Positions 1 through 8,109 of a stretch of DNA of 64,000 nucleotides are shown here, piece by piece (positions within the stretch are counted from its first letter, which is position 1; each line of letters starts with the position of its first letter). The translations under genes and the position numbers were made by a program. The notes under the pieces were generated by a model that saw only the letters and a list, made by a program, of their open reading frames with translations, made no database searches and was not told the DNA's origin. Source of the DNA: an uncultured virus (IMG/VR IMGVR_UViG_3300044724_001447) (taxonomy: Duplodnaviria > Heunggongvirae > Uroviricota > Caudoviricetes); IMG/VR virus record IMGVR_UViG_3300044724_001447; one strand, given 5' to 3'.

Positions 1-1
1 T

Positions 2-124
2 GAGGATTTCATTTCAAAAATAGATAAAATTGAAGAGATAGAGATACCGAAAGATTATATAATGATTGAGCATGGATATACAAAAGAAAAAAGCAAAAAA
101 CAGAAAACCAGAGACGCAAAATAA
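2..124 (+). CDS. 3' end of an unknown ORF overlapping the portal A start (partial)
   Basis: Open frame from base 2: EDFISKIDKIEEIEIPKDYIMIEHGYTKEKSKKQKTRDAK, TAA at 122-124; read by hand. Confidence 0.5.
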   Translation, partial: EDFISKIDKIEEIEIPKDYIMIEHGYTKEKSKKQKTRDAK

Positions 125-2372
125 TTTAGTTTTTAATTATGATACTGGTAATATCGACGAAAGAGAAACACATCCTGAAGTTCAAGTAACAAGAGAACTA
201 TGGACACAGTATAACTCATCCAGAGAGCCATGGGCTCAAAAGTTCCAAGAGTCAATAGAGTTTAGAGCAGGTGCACAATGGACACAAGAGCAACAAGAAT
301 TGCTCGAGCAACGTGGACAAGCTCCTATTGTAGTCAATCGTATTCATCCAATCGTTGAAACAGCAAAAGCTTTATTAACTTACAACTCTCCACAATTTAG
401 AGCGACGGGTAGAGAAGATAGTGATAGAGATACAGCAAAGGTATTTTCAGATTTATTTCAGTACATTTGGCAAATTAGCCAAGGAGACTTAGAATTAAAA
501 CAAGCTATTGACGATTATTACGTTGGAGGTATGGGTGCATTGATGGTGTATCAAGACCCTGATGCAGATATGGGTAAAGGCGAAGTAAAGTTAAAAGCAG
601 TAAATCCTTTAGACCTTTACATAGACCCGAATAGTAAAGATAAATTTTGTAGAGATGCGTCTAATATTATTTATGCAAGTTACATGACAGATGAAGCAGC
701 AATTCAGATGTATCCTGAGTTTGAAGACCTTATTGAAAATTCTGCAGAAGAACCAGAAGCTTCAGATGATTATCCAATTACCAATTTATCTAAAACAGTA
801 GACCAGGTATTTCCTGGAGACGTAGAAGATAGAGCACATACTGTAAGAAGATATTTAGAAAGATACACTAAAGAAATGCACAAGCTTTATAATGTGTATG
901 AACCTTTTAGTGAAAGAGAATTTTTATTTAACGACGAAGAGTTTGAGCAGTATAATTCTAGACTTTATGTAAGAGTAAGAAAAGTTACTGGAGAAGAAAC
1001 TATAGTATGGGAAGATTCAGCAATTCAAGATTTATTAAGCACTATAGAAGAAGAAGGAGCTTTATTTCATTTTGTATTACCTCCTATGCAGTTAGACCCT
1101 AATACTGGTCAACCTATACCACAAGAACCTGTTCGAGTACCAGGAGAAGAAGGACCAGGCTCTATTCCTGGTAGTACTACTGCTTTAATACCTATTACTC
1201 CAGAAGAATTAAAAGGCTTAGAAAAATTAAGTTGTTACCACGTAGATATTCCTAGGATTAAAATGGTAGCAAGCGTTGGAGATTCTTTGCTTTATGAAAG
1301 AATTTTACCAATAGAGGATTACCCTATTGTACCAATTATGAATATACACTTACGCACTCCATTTCCAGAGTCAGATGTTCGTATATACAGACCGTTACAA
1401 GAGTATATTAACAAAATTCGTTCTTTAATTATTGCTCATGCTAGTACAAGCACTAATGTGAAGCTGCTAATACCTCGTGGAAGCGTAGATAAAAGACAGG
1501 TTGAAGAAGAGTGGGGAAGAGCAGGAACCAGCGTTATTGAATTTGATGCAGAGCTAGGTGCACCGATAGTAGCAGGTCCAGTACCTCTTCCTAATGAATT
1601 ATATAAAAATGAAGCAGATGCAAAATCTGATTTAGAATATGGATTTGGTATTTACGAATTGATGCAAGGTGGAGGGAAAGGTGCTCCATCAACATATAGA
1701 GGAACTATTGTAGTAGACGAATTTGGACAAAGAAGAATTAAGTCTCGTAGAGACGATATAGAAGACATGTTAAATCAACTTGGAAATGTATCCATTGGGT
1801 TAATACAGCAACTATATACAGAAGATAAAGTTATTAGACTTGTACAGCCTAATGGAGAAGAAACAAGTCAACGATTTAACTTTTTTAAAGAAATGGAAAA
1901 TGGAGATGTAGAAAAATTTCATGATATTGGAATAGGAAAGTACGATATACAGGTAGTATCTGGTTCTACATTACCAACAAATAGAATGGCATTATTAAAT
2001 ACTTATATGGAAATGTATAAGATGGGATTAATAGACCAAACAGAAGTATTGAAAAAATCAGAATTAGTAGACGTGGATGGTGTTATGGCAAGAAGTGGAC
2101 AAATGCAACAAATGATGCAGCAAATGCAAGCGATGGAAGCAGAATTGAAAAAAGTTAAAGGCGACTTACAAACAGCTAATCGTGAAGAAGTCCATGCTAA
2201 AAAACGTCTAGAAGTAGAAAAATTTAGTTCTAAGTTAGATAAGGTGTCTAATAGAGCTGATATGGCGTCTAGTTTATTTCAAGCTAGACTCGGAGACCAA
2301 CAAAAACAGTTGATGAACTCAGAAGCCGAGACAGAGCAACCAGAAAGCTTATTCGAGGAAGAAGAGAGTTAA
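72..2372 (+). CDS. Portal protein A (P22-like portal family)
   Basis: Motifs GAQWT...PIVVNRIHPIV, P.DLYIDP.S, YPIVP, YDIQV..G; coiled-coil C-terminus; directly upstream of scaffold and capsid. ATG at 72 preferred over TTG at 66. Confidence 0.9.
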   Translation: MDIQKKKAKNRKPETQNNLVFNYDTGNIDERETHPEVQVTRELWTQYNSSREPWAQKFQESIEFRAGAQWTQEQQELLEQRGQAPIVVNRIHPIVETAKALLTYNSPQFRATGREDSDRDTAKVFSDLFQYIWQISQGDLELKQAIDDYYVGGMGALMVYQDPDADMGKGEVKLKAVNPLDLYIDPNSKDKFCRDASNIIYASYMTDEAAIQMYPEFEDLIENSAEEPEASDDYPITNLSKTVDQVFPGDVEDRAHTVRRYLERYTKEMHKLYNVYEPFSEREFLFNDEEFEQYNSRLYVRVRKVTGEETIVWEDSAIQDLLSTIEEEGALFHFVLPPMQLDPNTGQPIPQEPVRVPGEEGPGSIPGSTTALIPITPEELKGLEKLSCYHVDIPRIKMVASVGDSLLYERILPIEDYPIVPIMNIHLRTPFPESDVRIYRPLQEYINKIRSLIIAHASTSTNVKLLIPRGSVDKRQVEEEWGRAGTSVIEFDAELGAPIVAGPVPLPNELYKNEADAKSDLEYGFGIYELMQGGGKGAPSTYRGTIVVDEFGQRRIKSRRDDIEDMLNQLGNVSIGLIQQLYTEDKVIRLVQPNGEETSQRFNFFKEMENGDVEKFHDIGIGKYDIQVVSGSTLPTNRMALLNTYMEMYKMGLIDQTEVLKKSELVDVDGVMARSGQMQQMMQQMQAMEAELKKVKGDLQTANREEVHAKKRLEVEKFSSKLDKVSNRADMASSLFQARLGDQQKQLMNSEAETEQPESLFEEEES

Positions 2373-2387
2373 CGTTAGGAAATTAAA

Positions 2388-3275
2388 ATGGAACAAGTAG
2401 AAAGCAATATAGTACAAGAGAATGCACAAGACCAGACTGTAGAGTCAAGTGATATTCAAGCAGACATTTTTGAACAAGTGTTTAATCCAAGGGGAAAAGA
2501 CCCTTTTGCAGCACAAGCTAGCTCAGAAGAGGTAATTCAAGAGGAAGCGGCACATGTGGAAAGTCAACCTGTAAGTACTCCTGATACTATTGAAGCAAAA
2601 GAAGATGATAGTCAATTTCAATACTGGCAATCACAAGCAGATAAGACTAAAGCAGAAATGGAAGCATTAAAAGCAGAAATGGAAGCATTGAAGTCGCAAT
2701 CCGCTCAACCTCAGCAGGAAACTAGTGAACCTAAGTTAGTTAAACCTTCTAAGCCCGTGAAACCAGCAGACTATGATTATTCTGAGGCCTTAGCTGACCC
2801 AGATAGTTCAAGTGCTAAGTATTTAGCATCTAAAGAAGACTATTTGGAGCAGATGAGTGATTTTATATTGAAGAAGGATGAAATCAGAGAGCAACAAATG
2901 ACTAAAGCACAAGAAGAGCAGTTAGCTAGACAACAGCATCAAGATACCTTGACGCAGTTGCAAACTAAGTACAACTACTCTCCTGAACAAGCAAATGACT
3001 TTGTATCTCAAATGAGTTCACCTGAATCGTTGTCTTTAGACAATTTAGTAAAGCTACACCAGTTGAACCAGGGCAATGGCCCACAAATAACTGAACAAGT
3101 CAGTCAACAAGCTCAACAGAAACAACAACTAATGAAACAAAGACAAGAAAAACTCTCCATCCCAAAGCCGATAGGGGTGCAGCAAGGTCAGAGTGTACAG
3201 TCGCCAAGTAAAAACGTAGAAGACAAAATGATGGATGCTATGCTCGGAGATTTTAACAAGCGTAACATCTTTTAA
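2388..3275 (+). CDS. Capsid scaffolding protein A
   Basis: Acidic, Q/E-rich helical protein between portal and capsid; RBS AGGA; paralog of 50836-51699. Confidence 0.75.
   Translation: MEQVESNIVQENAQDQTVESSDIQADIFEQVFNPRGKDPFAAQASSEEVIQEEAAHVESQPVSTPDTIEAKEDDSQFQYWQSQADKTKAEMEALKAEMEALKSQSAQPQQETSEPKLVKPSKPVKPADYDYSEALADPDSSSAKYLASKEDYLEQMSDFILKKDEIREQQMTKAQEEQLARQQHQDTLTQLQTKYNYSPEQANDFVSQMSSPESLSLDNLVKLHQLNQGNGPQITEQVSQQAQQKQQLMKQRQEKLSIPKPIGVQQGQSVQSPSKNVEDKMMDAMLGDFNKRNIF
2649..2690 (+). repeat. 21-nt tandem duplication encoding the heptad KAEMEAL twice
   Basis: aaagcagaaatggaagcatta followed by aaagcagaaatggaagcattg. Confidence 0.9.
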
Positions 3276-3291
3276 CAATTAGGAGATTATT

Positions 3292-4740
3292 ATGGCGGAC
3301 ATATATTCAAGAAGCATTGGTGCTACTCCAACAGGAGTAAGTATTGATGATATTAGAAGAGTGTTTAACTTTGGTGAAAGAGTTGCCGAGTTAAACCCTG
3401 CTGCTTCCCCTTTCTTCGCATATCTATCTAAAGTTGCAAAAAAACCAACTGATGACCCTGTTTTTAAATTTTTAGAAAAAAGACATCAATGGCAAAGAAG
3501 AAACTTCTTTGTTGACGGAGCTGGTTCTGATGTAACTCTTATCGATGGTTCAACTGATTATGCTATAGGTTTATTAAACTTGTCAGCTGTTGACTTTGAT
3601 GTAGATTATGATAGCACAGGAAGAAAAGATGGCGTTGCAGCTAAAGTGGAATTTGCTACACCACTTCAAACATTTGTAGTAAAAGGTGTGTTAACAACAG
3701 GCGGAACTGCGAAAGATATTCTTATTTATTATCGTATAAACGCTGGTGGTGTTACACAAGGAAGTGATGATACTGCTATTACAGCAACATTCCAAAAAGC
3801 ATTGTATGTGGCTAAAGGCTCACAAAGTGCTGTAGATGGAGCTGTAACTGTAGACCAAGCTGCTGGAGCAGTTGATTTTAGCACTATGGTAACAGCAGAT
3901 ACATTAGAACTTGCTGATAATGCACCTGCACAAATCATTGGCTCAGCACACCCTGAAGGTAGCGATGCTCCAGACGGATGGAGAGACGAGTTTTATTCAA
4001 GAGAGGGTTATACCCAAATCTTTAAAACTTCAGTACCTCTATTTTCTGGTTCATCTTTAGCTACTCGTTACAGAGGTGACGCTAATGAGTACATGAGAGT
4101 GTATCAAGAAAAACTAATGGAACACAAAATGGACATCGAGAATGCATTACTATTTGGTTATGGTTCTGCAGATGAATCAGGCAGTGGTCCAGTACGTAAA
4201 ACATGGGGTATCTTACCTTATACTGAGCTTTATGGTAATGTAAAAAACTTTACTTACAGTAAATCAGGGTATGATACTTTTGTTGACGCTATGTCAGATA
4301 TTTTTGACCCAGAATCAGCAGCAGGTGGTAATAAACTTGTTCTTGCTTCTAGAAGTATCATGAACTGGCTTAACAAACTAGGAGGAGAATCTTTCCTAGG
4401 TAATACTATGGCTGGAAACAGCGGTATGCGTGCTAACTTAGATAAGAATGCTGGTCAATTTAATGGCGTTCCTGTAACTACAGTTGACACTATGTACGGT
4501 ACATTAAACTTCGTAATGGAACCTCTACTAAGAGGACCATGGGCTGACCATGCTGTTGCGATTGACTTAAACAATGTAGCATACAGACCATTAGCTGGTA
4601 ACGGTGAGTCAAGAGACACACAAATTATCACTAACGTACAAGACAATGACATTGACGGAAGAAAAGATATGATTCTTACAGAATCAGGTCTTGAGATTTC
4701 ACTTCCAGAAACTCATGCTGTACTTAAATTTAACTTATAG
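3292..4740 (+). CDS. Major capsid protein A (HK97 fold, DUF5309-like)
   Basis: PFF...KPTDDP.FKF.E, YTQIFK, EHK.DIE.ALLFG, YRPL...D...I..E.GLE...PE.HA motifs; strong RBS AGGAG; followed by a hairpin. Confidence 0.88.
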   Translation: MADIYSRSIGATPTGVSIDDIRRVFNFGERVAELNPAASPFFAYLSKVAKKPTDDPVFKFLEKRHQWQRRNFFVDGAGSDVTLIDGSTDYAIGLLNLSAVDFDVDYDSTGRKDGVAAKVEFATPLQTFVVKGVLTTGGTAKDILIYYRINAGGVTQGSDDTAITATFQKALYVAKGSQSAVDGAVTVDQAAGAVDFSTMVTADTLELADNAPAQIIGSAHPEGSDAPDGWRDEFYSREGYTQIFKTSVPLFSGSSLATRYRGDANEYMRVYQEKLMEHKMDIENALLFGYGSADESGSGPVRKTWGILPYTELYGNVKNFTYSKSGYDTFVDAMSDIFDPESAAGGNKLVLASRSIMNWLNKLGGESFLGNTMAGNSGMRANLDKNAGQFNGVPVTTVDTMYGTLNFVMEPLLRGPWADHAVAIDLNNVAYRPLAGNGESRDTQIITNVQDNDIDGRKDMILTESGLEISLPETHAVLKFNL

Positions 4741-4752
4741 TTAAATAAACAA

Positions 4753-4774
4753 GGGGGTGATTAAGTTCACCCCC
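4753..4774 (+). terminator. GC-rich hairpin after capsid gene A
   Basis: gggggtga-ttaagt-tcaccccc perfect 8-bp stem; no strong U tract. Confidence 0.55.
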
Positions 4775-4795
4775 AAAGAATTTAAAAGGAATATT

Positions 4796-5449
4796 ATGGG
4801 TGCAACAAGCGTAAAAAGTAGAATATTAGATTTATTAGCAGATGTAGTAGTTGATAATACTGCAATAGGGCAGTTTGCAACTGATGCTGCAAAAGAGATT
4901 ATTAATGTATTACCATTAGAAATATTATGGACTATGTCTCAAACGGTACCAGATAACAATAATGGCGGAGCTTCAGTAACCTCTGCAAGAATATTAAGTG
5001 TTACTAGAAATGGCTATACTGCTAGAGAAATACCTTCATCAGATAAAGCAAGGTATGAAGAAGATAGTGGCTCTATTTATGTTGCAACTAATAAAAGTCC
5101 AGTTTATTATAAACAAGCTGGAAATGTATATGTAATGCCAAAAGAAGCAGATGAAACTACTTGCTTAGTAGAGGTTGTGCAATATCCAATTATTGTTTTT
5201 AATGATGATTTACAAAATTATGCCGATAGTAGCACTAACATTGGCGGTCCAGATGAAATAGAGCATTTGATTGTTATGAAAACTGCTATCAAAGCTAGGT
5301 TGTCAGAATTAAACGAGTTTCAAGATGATACAGAAGAACATAATTTAAAAATGGCAGATTTACAATTACTACAAAGAGAGTATGAAGGAGCCTTAGCTAC
5401 CTTTATAGCATCATATAGTAGACCTACTCAACAAAGGGAAGAACAATGA
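4796..5449 (+). CDS. Head-tail adaptor/neck protein A1
   Basis: Follows the capsid gene; paralog of 53351-54217. ATG 4796 with RBS AAGGA preferred, because the GTG at 4757 lies inside the hairpin. Confidence 0.6.
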   Translation: MGATSVKSRILDLLADVVVDNTAIGQFATDAAKEIINVLPLEILWTMSQTVPDNNNGGASVTSARILSVTRNGYTAREIPSSDKARYEEDSGSIYVATNKSPVYYKQAGNVYVMPKEADETTCLVEVVQYPIIVFNDDLQNYADSSTNIGGPDEIEHLIVMKTAIKARLSELNEFQDDTEEHNLKMADLQLLQREYEGALATFIASYSRPTQQREEQ

Positions 5450-5736
5450 CACAACAAGAAATGATTGAAACTATACAGCAGGATTTTCCTGAGATAGGAG
5501 AAACACAGATTACATTAATGTTAAACAGAGCATTAGATAAGTTTGAGTCTGAAGTAGAGCTACTTAGAGCTACTGCTAGTGTAGATGTTACAGTAGACGA
5601 CAAAAGAAGATATCAGTTTAGTGATTTTACTGGTATAGATAGCAATGACGATGTTTTAAGTGTAGATAGAGTAGACTATAACAATAAACAAGTAAAAAGA
5701 TTTACAGGATATATTGAGGAGACTGATTTATCATGA
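5446..5736 (+). CDS. Neck protein A2 (resembles the N-terminal half of a podoviral adaptor)
   Basis: MT..EMI..I...LN.AL pattern; paralog of 54217-54495. Confidence 0.5.
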   Translation: MTQQEMIETIQQDFPEIGETQITLMLNRALDKFESEVELLRATASVDVTVDDKRRYQFSDFTGIDSNDDVLSVDRVDYNNKQVKRFTGYIEETDLS

Positions 5737-6128
5737 CTGATGTAGCAAAAAACTTTGATTGGCCAACTAATGATTTAGTATACACTCTTAGAGACTATAC
5801 ATTAATTATAGCTAAGTGGGATTACGTAAAAGATAAACTAACTTCTTTAGATAGTACCGAGTTAACTGTAGGCGATAGTATCAGAATACATTATGCTAAA
5901 AAAGGTACAAGATTTGCAACAACTTTAACAGATACTCCTGAGTTTCCTGCAGAATTTCATGAAGCTCCATTATATAGAGTATTAGAGCAGTTACATGCAT
6001 CAAGAGGAAATATACAGCAAGCTATGTATTATAAAGCAGAGTATAAAGAGTGTGTAATGATGGCAAAGAAATATAAGAATCGTGGTAAAGATGATTCTAA
6101 TTATGCAATAAATCAACATAGTATGTAG
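5733..6128 (+). CDS. Neck protein A3 (resembles the C-terminal half of a podoviral adaptor)
   Basis: PEFPAEFHEA..Y..L...YY..EY pattern; paralog of 54492-54947. Confidence 0.5.
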   Translation: MTDVAKNFDWPTNDLVYTLRDYTLIIAKWDYVKDKLTSLDSTELTVGDSIRIHYAKKGTRFATTLTDTPEFPAEFHEAPLYRVLEQLHASRGNIQQAMYYKAEYKECVMMAKKYKNRGKDDSNYAINQHSM

Positions 6129-6136
6129 GGGAAGAT

Positions 6137-6487
6137 ATGGCAGCAGCAAAACATAATTTAGTAATAGAACAAGGCGTAGACTTTTCATTAGAAGTTACCT
6201 TAACAGATTCTTCTGGTGCAGCAATAGATGTGTCAGATGATACGTTTTCATCAAAAATTAGAAGAAGTCCTGAAACAGATGCTATACAACTTTTAGGGTC
6301 AGCTATAGATTTTACTGCAAGCGGTCAAAATGCTTCAGGAGAAGTAACATTTTCATTAACTGCTGCTGAAACTGCTGCTTTACCAGGAGATAATTTAATA
6401 TATGACATTTTCAGAACAGATGAACTAGGAAATGTTACAAGAGATTTAGAAGGTGAAATAGAAGTAATTGAAAGAGTGACATACTAA
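6137..6487 (+). CDS. Small beta-rich virion protein A (fibre-anchor-like)
   Basis: L.IEQG.DF...YDI...TR.LEG.I.V pattern typical of phage fibre-anchor domains; paralog of 55212-55565. Confidence 0.55.
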   Translation: MAAAKHNLVIEQGVDFSLEVTLTDSSGAAIDVSDDTFSSKIRRSPETDAIQLLGSAIDFTASGQNASGEVTFSLTAAETAALPGDNLIYDIFRTDELGNVTRDLEGEIEVIERVTY

Positions 6488-6759
6488 TGGCTGTAACAAT
6501 TAGAAAAACTGACAACGATATTAGAGTAACTAAAAAAACAAGCACAGTAACTGTAAATAAAAACACTACTGCTGCACAATTTAGTTCTTTTATTGCAGCG
6601 GGAGATTCTGGTTCAAGTACAATTACAAATAATGAAACTTTAAGATTCACGGGAGGGACAGGTATCACGTCTACTGTTTCTAACGATGAAGTAACACTAA
6701 ACATAAACGATGACGTGTTGCAAAATAACGACACAGTAGACGGTGGCACATTTATATAA
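6487..6759 (+). CDS. Short fibre segment protein A
   Basis: GGTGI.S repeat and C-terminal DGGTFI; paralog of 55565-56281. Confidence 0.5.
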   Translation: MAVTIRKTDNDIRVTKKTSTVTVNKNTTAAQFSSFIAAGDSGSSTITNNETLRFTGGTGITSTVSNDEVTLNINDDVLQNNDTVDGGTFI

Positions 6760-6768
6760 GGGGGAAAA

Positions 6769-8097
6769 ATGGCAAATAAATTAAAAATATTAAGAACTGA
6801 CTCAGGCAGTTATTCTTCAACGGGGAGTCCTTCATCATTAGACTATGGTGAATTAGCTTTTAGTAATGGTGGAGAAAAAATATTTATAGGAAAACAAACA
6901 AGTGCGAGTAGCACTCCTGTAGCTGGAACACATACTGATGTATTTCACTTAAGTACATTAAAAGATTTAAGTAGTGGTACAGGTATTAATGTCAGCTTAA
7001 CAAGCGGACTAGGAGATAACTCGGCATCAGTTTCTGTTACTCCTGCTCAAACAGGTATAACTAGTATTTACAATTCTAATTTAGAGATTGGTAATGCTGA
7101 TGGCGATAATTACATAGATTTTTCAACAGCAAATACTATTAATTTTTGGATGAACAATGGAAATCAAAAAGCAATTCAAATTACTGATACTGCTGTAACA
7201 ATTTCTAAAGGTACTTCTAACATAGACTTTGACGTACAAGACACTTCAGGAGTTTCTGCTTTTAAAGTAGACTCTGGAACTGGTGAAACTACTGTAGCAA
7301 ATACTTTAAACCTAGATGGAGATTTATTATTAGCAACTGGTGATATGATGGCAGACGATGTAGTAGCTAATAGTTATCATTATAGAAGCTATGACTCTGA
7401 ATATGATACATATTCTGCTGGACTAGAAGCTTTTAGTATAGGAGCATCAGGTGGTGTAACTTTTAATGCAGCACTATCGCTTGACAATAATTTAACCGTA
7501 ACGACTTCAACTGGAGCTATATTACGTTTAGATAGTAGCGATACAGTTATAACAGCAAATGACGTACTTGGTAGAATTAATTTTTCAGCACCAAGTGAAG
7601 CTAGTGGTACTGATGCAGTAGCATTGGGAGCTTCTATAGCAGCAGTAGCACAATCAGTTTTTGATATTTCTACAAATAAAACTGATATTGTATTTTATAC
7701 TGCAGAAAGTGGAGTAGCTGACGAGTCTATGAGAATTGGTTGGGATAAAAAAGTTACTATTAAAGGTGATTTACAAGTAGATGGTACTACTACAACAATA
7801 GATTCTACAGTAGTTACTATTGAAGACCCTATTTTTACTCTTGGTGGAGATGGAAGTGGTATTGACGATAGTAAAGATAGAGGTATTGAATTTAAATGGA
7901 ATAATGGTACAAGCGCTAAAGTTGGATTTTTTGGATTTAATGAAGATAATCAAAAATTTACATATATTAGCGACGCAACAAACACTTCTGAAGTATTTAG
8001 CGGAACATTAGGTGATGTAGAGTTTGGTACATTAGTATTAAACAATTCTGCTGGTAATTTAGATGGTGCGCATATTGATGGCGGAACATTTAGTTAA
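6769..8097 (+). CDS. Fibre protein, allele A (442 aa)
   Basis: N-terminal MANKLKI.R...L.YGELA, G.L.V.GTTTT..S..V.IEDP...DRG.EF repeat, C-terminal DGGTFS. Confidence 0.7.
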   Translation: MANKLKILRTDSGSYSSTGSPSSLDYGELAFSNGGEKIFIGKQTSASSTPVAGTHTDVFHLSTLKDLSSGTGINVSLTSGLGDNSASVSVTPAQTGITSIYNSNLEIGNADGDNYIDFSTANTINFWMNNGNQKAIQITDTAVTISKGTSNIDFDVQDTSGVSAFKVDSGTGETTVANTLNLDGDLLLATGDMMADDVVANSYHYRSYDSEYDTYSAGLEAFSIGASGGVTFNAALSLDNNLTVTTSTGAILRLDSSDTVITANDVLGRINFSAPSEASGTDAVALGASIAAVAQSVFDISTNKTDIVFYTAESGVADESMRIGWDKKVTIKGDLQVDGTTTTIDSTVVTIEDPIFTLGGDGSGIDDSKDRGIEFKWNNGTSAKVGFFGFNEDNQKFTYISDATNTSEVFSGTLGDVEFGTLVLNNSAGNLDGAHIDGGTFS

Positions 8098-8109
8098 GGA
8101 GTTATTTTA

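Noticed and set aside
5733..5736. Programmed frameshift or sequencing error joining A2 and A3
   Set aside because: The downstream ORF has its own RBS, no slippery site is evident, and the same junction recurs in module B
6769..7461. Diversity-generating retroelement TR/VR pair
   Set aside because: No reverse transcriptase; differences are not adenine-specific and include synonymous changes across ~700 nt
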